Source: Candidatus Acidulodesulfobacterium acidiphilum (lineage in GTDB: Bacteria; SZUA-79; Acidulodesulfobacterales; Acidulodesulfobacteraceae). From it: a stretch of 64,000 nt of DNA. Location: contig SHMQ01000002.1 in NCBI GenBank assembly GCA_008534395.1, positions 1,557 through 65,556 of the forward strand. Reading direction: 5' to 3'. A program made the position numbers and the translations under genes. Positions 45,888 to 55,518 of the stretch are shown here, in pieces. Below the pieces are notes generated by a model, which was not told the origin of the DNA, ran no database searches, and saw only the letters and a list, made by a program, of their open reading frames with translations. Each line of letters opens with the position of its first letter. Within the stretch, counting starts at the first letter, position 1.

Positions 45888-45948
45888 TAAATTATCTTTT
45901 TAATTTCATTAATTTTTGTAGAGTATCAATAACTTTTTGAAACTTGCA
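45827..45948. repeat. direct repeat A flanking the R-M cassette
   Basis: Aligns with 48703..48811 at roughly 85% identity judged by eye, with a 12-bp gap in copy B that removes the peptidase start codon. Confidence 0.7.
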
Positions 45949-46014
45949 ATAATTTAATCTCCGCTTATCAACCTGCTTTTACAAGCCTGCTCCTTTAAGC
46001 GTAGGTGGTTGACT
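45949..46014 (-). mobile_element. solo IscB left-end / omega-RNA 5' fragment
   Basis: ATAATTTAATCTCCGCTTATCAACCTGCTTTTACAAGCCTGC...GGTGGTTGACT aligns with 3457..3521. Similarity stops at the same GACT boundary as in both full copies. Confidence 0.7.
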
Positions 46015-46055
46015 ATCAAAATAGAATTTCAAGAACAAAATATTATTCTTTCTTT

Positions 46056-48614
46056 TTATGAAAATTCAACAAAGGTATCTATAACTTTATCTAAATCTTT
46101 TTTAAGTTCATTTTTAATCTGTTCAATTAAATTATATTTTTTTGCCAACTCTCTTTGCCTACTTAAATCAAATTCCCCTTTCTTATCAACTGGTATTTTA
46201 ATACTTATTTTTTCAATATGGGTTTTTTTAAGTCTCTTATTTCCTTCTCCGACAGAATAATTAGGGAGTTCATTATCTAATAAATATTTTAGGAATTCAT
46301 AATCTAATTTATCTTTAAACTGTTCTTTAATGGTTAATAATCCACAATGGGTAGTTAAACTAAATTTTCCATTTCTATAAAATACTCTACCTGCATATCC
46401 GTCAATAGTCCAAGTTAAACCTTCTTTATCGTAATCATAACTGTCTATTTTTGCTATTTCTCCATTATTTTTAGTCTGACCTGAATAAACCGGATATTTT
46501 CCTTGATGTGTTGAAAAGTATTTATGGTTATATTTTGAAATACCAAGATTTATATTAAATACATCTGTTATAGCTACTTTTTTTAATTTAGTTTCTTTTC
46601 TTTCTTCAAGTAAGTTTATTTCTTGTTTGAATTCTTTTAAATTATCTGAGGTTTCATCAAGCATAGAAGAAAAATCAAGGATATTTACTTTATTTTCTTT
46701 TTCAACAATACCTAATTTTATCTTTTCTTTTTTAGACCAAAATCTATCAATTACCCAATTATCTTCGGGTTTGAAATTTTTAATTGGTAGTGTTTTACAT
46801 CTTAAAGAATTTGTTTTAAAGGCATTTTTAGCTCCTTTAAATTGATTAAATAAATCAACTGCTTCGTTCAAATCATTTTTCTCTGGATTTTCAAATCTGT
46901 AAATATCTAAACTTTCTCCAATATTACTCACTAAATATAAAAACACAGGAGTGTCTTGAATATCTGAAGAACTATTTTTTTTTGTAATTGCTAATATATA
47001 AGTTTTTTTAATGTTTGTAAAAAAAGTTTTTGTCGGCAAAGAGATAATGGCATCAATAACACATTCATCGGTAATAAATTTTCTTAAATTCTTATCGTTT
47101 ATTCTATTTAAAATCCCATCAGGGATAATAACAAATGCTTTTCCATTTTTTTTTAATGCCCTTATTATCCACTCTATAAATAGTCCTTCTACACCCATAG
47201 CATTTATTTTATAATAGCTCTCTAATTTGCTTTTTACTATTTCTTCTTTTAGGTTGCTACTACCAGTAGTTACATATGGAGGATTTGTTAAAATCCAATC
47301 ATATTTTTCTTTAACATCATCAGCTAATGTTCCAAGTATAGAATTAGTCTTCAAAATAAAACTTTTATTGAATAAATCTGAAAATTCTTTAGTTAAATTA
47401 GGATGTTTTTTAATTAAATCGGAAAAATAAATAAGCATATTTGCTTTTGCCAAGATAATTGTTTTTTGTTCTTCTGTGTCAAACCCCTTGTCGAAGCCAT
47501 AAATTTCTATTTTTGCTTCTATTTTATTATTTATAACTTTATAAAATCTATCAATATTATTAGCAATGATTTCCAATGGAAATTTTCCAACGCCGCAAGC
47601 AGGATCGCATATTTTATCACCTTCTTTTACATCTGTCATTCTAACTATTGCCTTAACAACTTTAAGAGGTGTAAAAAATTGCCCCCAATTTTTTTTACTT
47701 ATGCTCTGCTTCATAAAACTTTCAAATAATCTGCTTTTAAATTCATAATCAATATTCTCTAATTTCTTATAATCCCTAAATCTATATAGAACTTTTTTAA
47801 AAACAGTGCTATATCCTTCGACTGCTTTTTGGTCTTTACTTACAAATATTGTTCCGTTAATTATTGTCGTATGATCTATAGGATTTTCCTTAAATAATTC
47901 TTTTATTTTTGGTCTTATTATCTTCGCATATTGCTCTAAAACTTCTTCATCTGTATTTTTTTTGTACATATCAATTAAATCATAAAAACCAAACATGCCC
48001 TGTAACACACCTAAATCACTTAAATATTTAAAAATAAATAATTCAATAAAGGTATATAAACAGTTTTCAGGAGTAGCACCACTAACCATCCAAATATCTT
48101 GCCAGATTTGTTTTGCTAATTCAGTAGGATTAATAAGCTCAATTGATTTTAGAGTAGAATTGGTTTCGCTTATAGAGTTATTTATTTTATTAATTAACTC
48201 TATAATATCTTTATCTTTAGGGTTAAAAATATAATTTAAATCGTTATGATTTTCATCTTTAATAATCTCGCCATTTAAAGCATTAACCCATATAGTTTCT
48301 GTTGTATCTGTAATAATTAGAATTTTTGTTAATTTTTGTGCTACTTCTATTTCTTGTTTTAGTGCTTTTTGTTTTTGATTAATTGTTTTAAATTTAGAAG
48401 GTCTTTTGTTTTCAATTATTGCTATAACATTATCTCCTTCTGTAATAAGTCCATCAACTTTTTTCTTTTCAATTTTTTCCCCATAATCAATATTTTTGAT
48501 TATGCCGTTTTCTTTAAGCGATTTTATTGTGGTCGAACCGATATTATAAAAATTCCACCCCCCAATTTTTTCAGGGTTTTTAATTAGATCTCTTTGTAAT
48601 AATTCTTCGCTCAT
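46056..48614 (-). CDS. type IIG-like single-chain restriction-modification enzyme (nuclease + N6A methylase + TRD)
   Basis: 852 aa. N-terminal VDGLITEGDNVIAIIENKRP (PD-ExK-like). FFTPLKVV...DPACGVGKF (motif I). LTNPPY (motif IV). HsdS-like C-terminal TRD. Confidence 0.75.
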   Translation of the reverse strand: MSEELLQRDLIKNPEKIGGWNFYNIGSTTIKSLKENGIIKNIDYGEKIEKKKVDGLITEGDNVIAIIENKRPSKFKTINQKQKALKQEIEVAQKLTKILIITDTTETIWVNALNGEIIKDENHNDLNYIFNPKDKDIIELINKINNSISETNSTLKSIELINPTELAKQIWQDIWMVSGATPENCLYTFIELFIFKYLSDLGVLQGMFGFYDLIDMYKKNTDEEVLEQYAKIIRPKIKELFKENPIDHTTIINGTIFVSKDQKAVEGYSTVFKKVLYRFRDYKKLENIDYEFKSRLFESFMKQSISKKNWGQFFTPLKVVKAIVRMTDVKEGDKICDPACGVGKFPLEIIANNIDRFYKVINNKIEAKIEIYGFDKGFDTEEQKTIILAKANMLIYFSDLIKKHPNLTKEFSDLFNKSFILKTNSILGTLADDVKEKYDWILTNPPYVTTGSSNLKEEIVKSKLESYYKINAMGVEGLFIEWIIRALKKNGKAFVIIPDGILNRINDKNLRKFITDECVIDAIISLPTKTFFTNIKKTYILAITKKNSSSDIQDTPVFLYLVSNIGESLDIYRFENPEKNDLNEAVDLFNQFKGAKNAFKTNSLRCKTLPIKNFKPEDNWVIDRFWSKKEKIKLGIVEKENKVNILDFSSMLDETSDNLKEFKQEINLLEERKETKLKKVAITDVFNINLGISKYNHKYFSTHQGKYPVYSGQTKNNGEIAKIDSYDYDKEGLTWTIDGYAGRVFYRNGKFSLTTHCGLLTIKEQFKDKLDYEFLKYLLDNELPNYSVGEGNKRLKKTHIEKISIKIPVDKKGEFDLSRQRELAKKYNLIEQIKNELKKDLDKVIDTFVEFS

Positions 48615-48702
48615 AATTTATATTGTTAAAATATATATAGTTAATGAAATTTAAAAATATTTGTTATTTATATCGTATTATATTTTTACACCTTTAAAAC
48701 AC

Positions 48703-48811
48703 ACTAAAAAGAAGGCAAGAATAGGAAAAATAAAAATGCGCTTAGACACGGCGAGAATTATCTTTTTAGTTTCATTATCTTTTGTAGAGATCAATAACTT
48801 TTAAAACTTAC
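48703..48811. repeat. direct repeat B (dead copy of the peptidase 5' end and its upstream region)
   Basis: See repeat A. Confidence 0.7.
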
Positions 48812-48936
48812 ACCAAAATCAAGATTTTCCTTTCTTTTTTTAAATCTAAATTTGCCATTGTTAGTAGTCAGAAACTTTAATAAAATCAACCGTTTTTCAT
48901 AATTTATACCATAAAAAAAATATTAACTTTTTATAA

Positions 48937-49485
48937 TTAATCGTTTAATTTACTTCTATGCTGCTCTGTCTCGCTGTTAGATTTCATTAAAGCATTTCCA
49001 ATAAATTCTGATAATTTGCTTATCAACTCATTAATGGTAATGTTATTCAATTTATAACTCTCTATTACCTCTGGAGGTATATAAGACGTGTTTTTAATAT
49101 CATCTTCATTAAATTCATAATTTAAGTCCTTTGCCATTTTCTTTAATAAATTATAAAAATGCTCCTTCTTTTCAGTGTTCCATTTTAAGTCTTCGTTATT
49201 AGAAATTATTTTATCCTTTTCAGGATTGCTGGCTATATAATTTCTAAATTCTTTCCAAGCATGAATTACGTCTTTATTATTATAGAATGCCACATTAATA
49301 CTATTTAAAGCTATATAAAATTGTGAAGAAAAAGGGAATTCCCTATTTTGCATAAGGGTATAAAAAATATTTATTTTTATTTGTTGGTCAGAATTTTTTT
49401 TTAAATAATATTGATTTAATTTTATAGAAATTATTACAGCAATAAGAGGACCTAAAAAAATGGCAATTATAGAAATAATTTGCAT
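48937..49485 (-). CDS. hypothetical protein with N-terminal TM helix
   Basis: 182-aa ORF. Confidence 0.5.
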   Translation of the reverse strand: MQIISIIAIFLGPLIAVIISIKLNQYYLKKNSDQQIKINIFYTLMQNREFPFSSQFYIALNSINVAFYNNKDVIHAWKEFRNYIASNPEKDKIISNNEDLKWNTEKKEHFYNLLKKMAKDLNYEFNEDDIKNTSYIPPEVIESYKLNNITINELISKLSEFIGNALMKSNSETEQHRSKLND

Positions 49486-49547
49486 ATAATTGTTGTAAAT
49501 TAATATTAATATGGCTTTTTATTTATCGTATCATATTTTTTAAATTT

Positions 49548-50072
49548 TTAAAACCTCATCATCGCTTCCAACTTTATCCCGTTCATCACATAAACGAATA
49601 CCGTCCCAACGTAAACTCCGGTCTTTGCTATTATCCTGTATCCGTAATAATTAGCCGTCGCTTTGCCGTATTGCCTTGCTTCTTGAATAGTATTATTTAT
49701 AACGGGTTTTATTCCTTTTGGCAAATTATCCCACCCCGCCATATTGGTATTTTTAACCTCTGCAATATTTCCGTTGCATATCTTATAATTTTCTATTGCC
49801 CAGTATGCCGGTTTCGGAAAGCCCTGCGTGCGCCTTATAATGCTTATCAGTTTGCACCCTGACATAGTTGTTGTTATAGGAATAGCGTTATAGGTATAAG
49901 CTCCGTATGCGTAAGCATAAGGACTGCCGGAATTATAAACTCTCATTGCAAGTTTATTAAAGTTAGTGTCAGACTGGTTGTAAGGAATATTGAAAATGCC
50001 GAAAGCAAAAACTTTATTTGCAGAAAATAAAATAAATGCAAATATAAATATTTTAAAAATTATTTTAATCAT
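49548..50072 (-). CDS. hypothetical secreted protein
   Basis: 174 aa with a signal peptide ending VFA. Confidence 0.5.
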   Translation of the reverse strand: MIKIIFKIFIFAFILFSANKVFAFGIFNIPYNQSDTNFNKLAMRVYNSGSPYAYAYGAYTYNAIPITTTMSGCKLISIIRRTQGFPKPAYWAIENYKICNGNIAEVKNTNMAGWDNLPKGIKPVINNTIQEARQYGKATANYYGYRIIAKTGVYVGTVFVYVMNGIKLEAMMRF

Positions 50073-50073
50073 T

Positions 50074-50397
50074 TTAAAATTTTTTATAAGATTTTGATTT
50101 ACCGTTTCCCCAATCTGTATCTCTGATATATAAAGTTCCGTTTTCTATTTTTATAAAATAATTAAATAATTTAGTATGCGCTTTCCCTTGTTGTTGATAT
50201 TTTTTGATTAATGACACTAAAGCATTTTTAACGGAGTTATCTATACTTTTAATATCTCCGAGATAATTATCAATTCTTGTTAATAACGGATTATCATTAA
50301 AAAAATCGTTAATAACCAAGCATTGAATATTATTTATTATATATCTAAAATAATTATTTTGAACCGATTTAATCTTATTAATATTTTTATTTTTCAT
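50074..50397 (-). CDS. hypothetical protein
   Basis: 107-aa ORF abutting the downstream gene. Confidence 0.45.
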   Translation of the reverse strand: MKNKNINKIKSVQNNYFRYIINNIQCLVINDFFNDNPLLTRIDNYLGDIKSIDNSVKNALVSLIKKYQQQGKAHTKLFNYFIKIENGTLYIRDTDWGNGKSKSYKKF

Positions 50398-50408
50398 AAC
50401 AAAATAAA

Positions 50409-50948
50409 TTAATAATTTTTTTTAAAGAACTCCGTCAAACTATTTATCTTATTCTCCGGTTCCGTCAGGCTAAAATCTCCATAACCTCTATTGAGCCAAT
50501 AAGCGTTGCACTCAGGACAGTTTAATTCTATATGGTGAATTGCCAAATTATAATCGTCTATGAAATATTTTATTCCAAGTTCGGAAATAATTCTATGCTT
50601 TTCTTTCGTGTCGGCGTGATATACGGGAATGTCTTTGCCTAATACTTTAGATACGTTTAATTTCCTTAAATGCAAAGCTTCTTTCGGGCTTGCCGTTATA
50701 AAGCATTTGATATCCTTAATATGATGTTTTAGATTTATAACCTCGTCAAAAACTTCCATATCGGAAAAGTCAATTTTTGAATTGATTAAGGATACCTGCT
50801 CCGCGGTAATCTCGTATCTATCCGCCATATTGTATATTTCGGGACGTTTGATTGAAATATTTAGACCAAGTTCGGCGGCTTTCTTCCGGAAAGTTTTCTC
50901 GTAGTCGAATATAACGCCGTCTAAGTCTAATGCGATTTTATTGAGCAT
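50409..50948 (-). CDS. HAD-superfamily hydrolase, 5'(3')-deoxyribonucleotidase-like
   Basis: 179 aa. ALDLDGVIFD (HAD motif I) and FIDD (motif IV-like). Confidence 0.55.
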   Translation of the reverse strand: MLNKIALDLDGVIFDYEKTFRKKAAELGLNISIKRPEIYNMADRYEITAEQVSLINSKIDFSDMEVFDEVINLKHHIKDIKCFITASPKEALHLRKLNVSKVLGKDIPVYHADTKEKHRIISELGIKYFIDDYNLAIHHIELNCPECNAYWLNRGYGDFSLTEPENKINSLTEFFKKNY

Positions 50949-50979
50949 TAAATTTCTCCGTTAGCTCTGTCTATCGTAT

Positions 50980-51387
50980 TTAATTTATACTGTCATATAT
51001 TACATAAGCCAATATGCCTGCAAATAGAACTGCGAAAAAACAACATCCGCCATACATAATTAATGACTGCCATGTCGATAAATGAGCTGTGTCGGTAAAT
51101 TGAACTCCTAAGGAACTTGTAACCGCAATAAAAATTAAATATGCAAACCCTAAAATAAGTAAGGTTTCAATTATTGCAACGGTTAATTTATACGCTACAG
51201 ACTTTTTTTCTCGTTCTATTAATCCAGCTTTTTCTTTTAAGTTTTCTATTTCAATATTGCGCTCCCACAGAGGCATTCTATCCCAGCGTTCTTTTTCTTT
51301 TTGTGCCTCAATTTCATTGAGTTATTTATTTATAGATTCAAGTTCAAGTTTAGCCTTTGCTTTTTTGAGTTTATAAGATTCAAACAT
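50980..51387 (-). pseudogene. membrane protein gene interrupted by an in-frame TAA (51322..51324)
   Basis: The ATG at 51387 with a strong AGGAGGAG SD opens a frame that hits TAA after 21 codons. The same frame continues into the 98-aa ORF 50980..51276, whose own ATG lacks an SD. Confidence 0.45.
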
Positions 51388-51455
51388 TTTGAGACTCCTC
51401 CTGCTGTCCTCGAATTTTTTGTTTTTTCTAAATTCTAAGCGTGCCTTTATCGCTT

Positions 51456-51644
51456 CTAACTTTTAACGGAGTACCTTTCTTGTAACTGCTTATCTAAATT
51501 TGGCATTAATTTATCAAATAGTCTTTGATCTTCGATATTCGACAAAATTGCGATCTCTGCGCTGTCGGGATTTCTATTTTCTCTTTTACAACTTTTAAAA
51601 ATTTCTTCCTCCAATCTCTTTCTTGTTTCTTCTTTTTGGTTCAT
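51456..51644 (-). CDS. hypothetical small protein
   Basis: 62-aa ORF. Confidence 0.4.
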   Translation of the reverse strand: MNQKEETRKRLEEEIFKSCKRENRNPDSAEIAILSNIEDQRLFDKLMPNLDKQLQERYSVKS

Positions 51645-51848
51645 TTTAGTCCTCCAATAATTATTATTTTTGAATTAGTAGTGCGTATATATTTCTAATA
51701 TAATCATCGTCGCCGAAAATATTATAAACGACAAATAAATATAGAAATATAAATTTTTAAAATTATCCTTCATTAGAGTCTTCCTCTTGTATTTTCCATT
51801 CATTTTCGGCTATTCTATCCTCCTTTTCTTTAATATTTTATATATATT

Positions 51849-52244
51849 TTATACGGAGATTTGCTTTCCTTCCGTTAAAGAATAAACCTTTTCTTTTAAC
51901 TTTTCTTTTTTGTATTCTTTTTCCAAATCAAATAACTCTGCTTTCAAACTTTTAATTATTTCAGGTATTCTTTTCAAATCTTCTTCTAAATAGTAAATCT
52001 TTGCGCTTCTGTTTAAAGAAGCGTCTATTATTTTATTGCTGAAATCATCATGACCGTTATCGTTAATATATTCCTGCGTTCTTTCGTCCGTTATCTTAAG
52101 TATTTTTTTTAAGGATTCTATATTTTCAGGTATTTCCGATAACTTTTTTTCCATTCTAATTATCTCTTTTTGATTAGATACAATTTGTGCTTCAATTTCA
52201 GTAATCTTTTTATTTACAGATTTTAATTTAAAATTTTCAAACAT
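51849..52244 (-). CDS. coiled-coil hypothetical protein
   Basis: 131 aa. N-terminus MFENFKLKS resembles MFESYKLKK of the interrupted gene at 51387. Confidence 0.5.
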   Translation of the reverse strand: MFENFKLKSVNKKITEIEAQIVSNQKEIIRMEKKLSEIPENIESLKKILKITDERTQEYINDNGHDDFSNKIIDASLNRSAKIYYLEEDLKRIPEIIKSLKAELFDLEKEYKKEKLKEKVYSLTEGKQISV

Positions 52245-52258
52245 TTCAACACCTCTTT

Positions 52259-52531
52259 CTAATAGTTTTTATTTGCCCTTAAACTAACAAACAAAGCTCT
52301 ATTTTTAGCAATATTTTCTTTTTTCATAACGTTGCACCAATCTACCAGTTCATCAATGTTTACAATTACTTTTTTAACATTATACCCTTCTTTCCTTAAA
52401 TTTTGCATTGTAGCAGTCGCAATTTCAAGCCAAACTTCATAAACACTAGGCATAGAATCCTTATCATCAATGACTCTTAATAATTTGTCGTATTCGTCTT
52501 TTTTATACCAAGCAATAACAATATCGTCCAT
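52259..52531 (-). CDS. hypothetical protein
   Basis: 90-aa ORF. Confidence 0.5.
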   Translation of the reverse strand: MDDIVIAWYKKDEYDKLLRVIDDKDSMPSVYEVWLEIATATMQNLRKEGYNVKKVIVNIDELVDWCNVMKKENIAKNRALFVSLRANKNY

Positions 52532-52567
52532 AAAACACCGTTTTTATATATGAATTTAAAAATTAGA

Positions 52568-52780
52568 TTATGAAGTTCTTTTTTTAGCCCGGGGAATATA
52601 TTCTTGTATGTGAACATTCCATCCCCTTTTACTTTTGCTGGCCTCGAATTTTTTGTTTTTTCTAAATTCTAAGCGTGCCTTTATCGCTTCATCTCTTGTC
52701 GCAAAACCTTTCGCAACTATAAAAAGGTTATACCCGCATGGTTTAAGCATGTTCGGATTTGTTTTGATTAGTCTAAACAT
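52568..52780 (-). CDS. hypothetical basic small protein
   Basis: 70-aa ORF. Contains one copy of the 54-bp repeat. Confidence 0.45.
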   Translation of the reverse strand: MFRLIKTNPNMLKPCGYNLFIVAKGFATRDEAIKARLEFRKNKKFEASKSKRGWNVHIQEYIPRAKKRTS

Positions 52781-52806
52781 TTTTAGCCTCCTATATAAAT
52801 ATTTTA

Positions 52807-53595
52807 CTATATTTTTATAGCGAAGTTCTCCGGAAAAAGAACTTCCAATATAGACCTATCAACGCTTTTCCTGAAATATATCGACCTTATAAAAATTTTA
52901 ACCTTGTCCCTGCCGAATTTTTCCAGTAAAACATTTAAAGCGTTTCTTAATTCCTCTATGTCATCTTTTCCGTATTTTTCTTTTTTACCTTTCAATTCTT
53001 CAAAATCTTCGTAAATCGCCTGCGCTATCAAATCTTCCTGAATTTCTGTTTCTTCGGCTTCCCGCTTCGACAATTCTCTTTTTTCTTCTATCCTGTCCGC
53101 ACTGCGTTCGTATTTAAGAATAGTTTCTCTAAACGGCGCCGGCTTTACGATTTTTTCTATAATATTTTCGCTCGTAAGTCCTTCCTCTTTTAATCTATCG
53201 TAAACCGCCTGCCTTAAACACGTAAAATCGTAGTCGTCGAGATTTAAGCCCGCTATATCTAAATTAACGATACTACTTATATCGTTATCGATTTTGAATT
53301 TAAGGGATTCGTTTAAGTTTTCTACCTCGTCTATATTTGATAAACCCGCGTAGCCCGGATAGTCGTTTATAAAATCTTCTACGGTTTCGTAATCGTCTAT
53401 ATTATATCCGTTTTCTATAACTTCCGTAAGTTCCCTGAAAGCTCCGTTCTGTTTAGAAAAATAAGTCTTATATCTTATGCCGTTATAGAATTTGTCCGCA
53501 ATGAAAACGAAAATTTTGTTATATAAAAGCCCGTTTTCTGATAGCTGGGATTTAATAGAATATGTTATTTTATCGATTAAGGAATTTTTATCCAT
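52807..53595 (-). CDS. hypothetical acidic protein
   Basis: 262-aa ORF. Confidence 0.5.
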   Translation of the reverse strand: MDKNSLIDKITYSIKSQLSENGLLYNKIFVFIADKFYNGIRYKTYFSKQNGAFRELTEVIENGYNIDDYETVEDFINDYPGYAGLSNIDEVENLNESLKFKIDNDISSIVNLDIAGLNLDDYDFTCLRQAVYDRLKEEGLTSENIIEKIVKPAPFRETILKYERSADRIEEKRELSKREAEETEIQEDLIAQAIYEDFEELKGKKEKYGKDDIEELRNALNVLLEKFGRDKVKIFIRSIYFRKSVDRSILEVLFPENFAIKI

Positions 53596-53637
53596 AAGAT
53601 TTATAGTTTTATCATGTCCGGTTGTCGGACAAAATTA

Positions 53638-54168
53638 TTAATTTATACAATTTTTATTTATCCCGACAATCTTACTGTTCACCTTGAAATAATCCATATA
53701 ATTGCCTTTATAAATTAAGAACGCTTTATCGGGCAAATTAATTCCGCTGCAATCCTTTTTAATTCTATACGAAACCGTTTTTCCGCCTTTATTATACAGA
53801 TTTAATATGTATCTTTGCGGCGAATAGCGCCATTTCGCAAAGAGACCTAAAAGCATAATAATTACGGTTATTCCGGCTATCAAACTTAAAATAAATTTGA
53901 ATAAATTTTCCGGACCGACGGAAAACATAACGCCTATGCCGAATAGTATCAAAAACAATTTAGCAAAATCGGTTAATAGATTGTTGTCCACCGGAAATGG
54001 CGCTCCGTATTCCGTCGCGTAAAGAAAAAGCAAAATGAATCCGACGAGGTATGACAAAAATATAGCTATAACCAACAGCTTTACATATTCTAATAACGAT
54101 ACAAAACCTATTTTCATATCATTCCTTAACGATGCTAAAAAACTGTTTTCGATTGTTTTGTTCTGCAT
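53638..54168 (-). CDS. membrane protein
   Basis: ORF track gives 53638..54207. The upstream part overlaps the tnpB 3' end and right end, so an internal ATG (54168 or 54117) is more likely. Confidence 0.45.
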   Translation of the reverse strand: MQNKTIENSFLASLRNDMKIGFVSLLEYVKLLVIAIFLSYLVGFILLFLYATEYGAPFPVDNNLLTDFAKLFLILFGIGVMFSVGPENLFKFILSLIAGITVIIMLLGLFAKWRYSPQRYILNLYNKGGKTVSYRIKKDCSGINLPDKAFLIYKGNYMDYFKVNSKIVGINKNCIN

Positions 54169-54196
54169 ATTATTTATCCCCTCTAAGAATTGTGAA

Positions 54197-55480
54197 CTAC
54201 CTATCAATAAATTGATAGGCTTCCTGCCTCATCGTATGGTTACTATATCCGATACTCTGAATACCCGTAAGAGCATACTCCAGAGGCGTTAATTCCGCCG
54301 TTCCCGGCGTATTTTTTAAGATTGTTAATCCTTCAAGGAAAAGGTTAATACTTGCATTTACATCTCTGTCGTGGACGGCTCCGCATTGCGGGCATATCCA
54401 GAACCTTTCGGATAACTTAAGGTCTTTATGGATATATCCGCAGTCCGGAGTAGAACAAGTTTTAGACGACGGATAAAACCTGTTAACCTTAAATACCTGT
54501 CTGCCGTACCAAGACGCTTTATATTCAAGCATATCGTTAAATTTACTCCACGATACGTCGGATATAGGCTTCGATAAATTACCGTTCTTAACCATTCCTT
54601 TGATATTTAAGTCCTCGAGAACGATAACTTGGCTATCGTTTACCGTTCTTGAAGACAATTTATGCAAAAAATCGTTGCGCTGATTAAATATATGTTCGTG
54701 CAATTTTGAAAGTTTATTTTTAAATTTAATATAATTCTTTGACGGAGTAGTCTTATCCTGTTTACTGCGTTTATGAACCTTTCTATCAAGTTGTCTTGAA
54801 AGCTTAATAAGGCGTTTTTGGGACTTAAGCAAATATTTCGGGTTAGGTATCTTAAAACTCTCTTTATTATCAAAGCTTGTGCCTGTAGTTATAATGGCAA
54901 AATCTTTTAAGCCTAAGTCTATGCCTGTTGATATACCTACCACTTTTTTAGGTATATACGGAGTAAAAGCAAACTTTTCTACCAGCATATTGACGTAATA
55001 CTTGCCGGACGTAGTTTTAGAAATACTAATAGACTTTACCGCTTCGTAAACTTTCCTATGAAATTTAACCTTTATAGCGGTTTTGAGTTTCGGTATATTG
55101 ATAAAACTGTCCTTTATCTCAAAGCTTTGCGGTATTACGATACTGCTATATACGCCTTTCTTTTTGAAATTGGGATAACCTGCCTGTTTCTTAAAGAATT
55201 TCTGAAAGGCATCGTCCAAATCCTTAAGGCTTGCTTGCAAGGATTGGGAGTTAGCTTCTTTAAGAAAAGAAAAGCCTTTTTTAAGCAAAGGCAATATTTT
55301 TTTAAATTCATAGTAGTTAAATTTAATATTATGAGTTTTATATAAATGCGTAGCTCTTTCAAGAAAGAAATTATATACGAACCGGTTATAGCTCATCTGC
55401 TCGTCGAGATAAGCTACCTGCTCGGCGTTAGGATATAACCGAAATCTATATACGTAAAATTTATTGTCTCTATCTTTCAT
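54197..55480 (-). CDS. tnpB: TnpB (IS200/IS605-family OrfB, RNA-guided nuclease)
   Basis: 427 aa. FRLYPNAEQ start. RuvC triad candidates GIDLGLKDF, VIVLEDLNIKGM, HDRDVNASINL. Zinc ribbon CSTPDCG...CPQCG. Confidence 0.85.
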   Translation of the reverse strand: MKDRDNKFYVYRFRLYPNAEQVAYLDEQMSYNRFVYNFFLERATHLYKTHNIKFNYYEFKKILPLLKKGFSFLKEANSQSLQASLKDLDDAFQKFFKKQAGYPNFKKKGVYSSIVIPQSFEIKDSFINIPKLKTAIKVKFHRKVYEAVKSISISKTTSGKYYVNMLVEKFAFTPYIPKKVVGISTGIDLGLKDFAIITTGTSFDNKESFKIPNPKYLLKSQKRLIKLSRQLDRKVHKRSKQDKTTPSKNYIKFKNKLSKLHEHIFNQRNDFLHKLSSRTVNDSQVIVLEDLNIKGMVKNGNLSKPISDVSWSKFNDMLEYKASWYGRQVFKVNRFYPSSKTCSTPDCGYIHKDLKLSERFWICPQCGAVHDRDVNASINLFLEGLTILKNTPGTAELTPLEYALTGIQSIGYSNHTMRQEAYQFIDR

Positions 55481-55518
55481 ATTATTATAGCTAACTTGCT
55501 TTTTGAGATACCGAAAAA

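Noticed and set aside
54640-55362. 77-aa and 75-aa same-strand ORFs and a 95-aa plus-strand ORF inside tnpB
   Set aside because: They overlap the intact 427-aa TnpB frame and have Lys/Leu-rich low-complexity composition.
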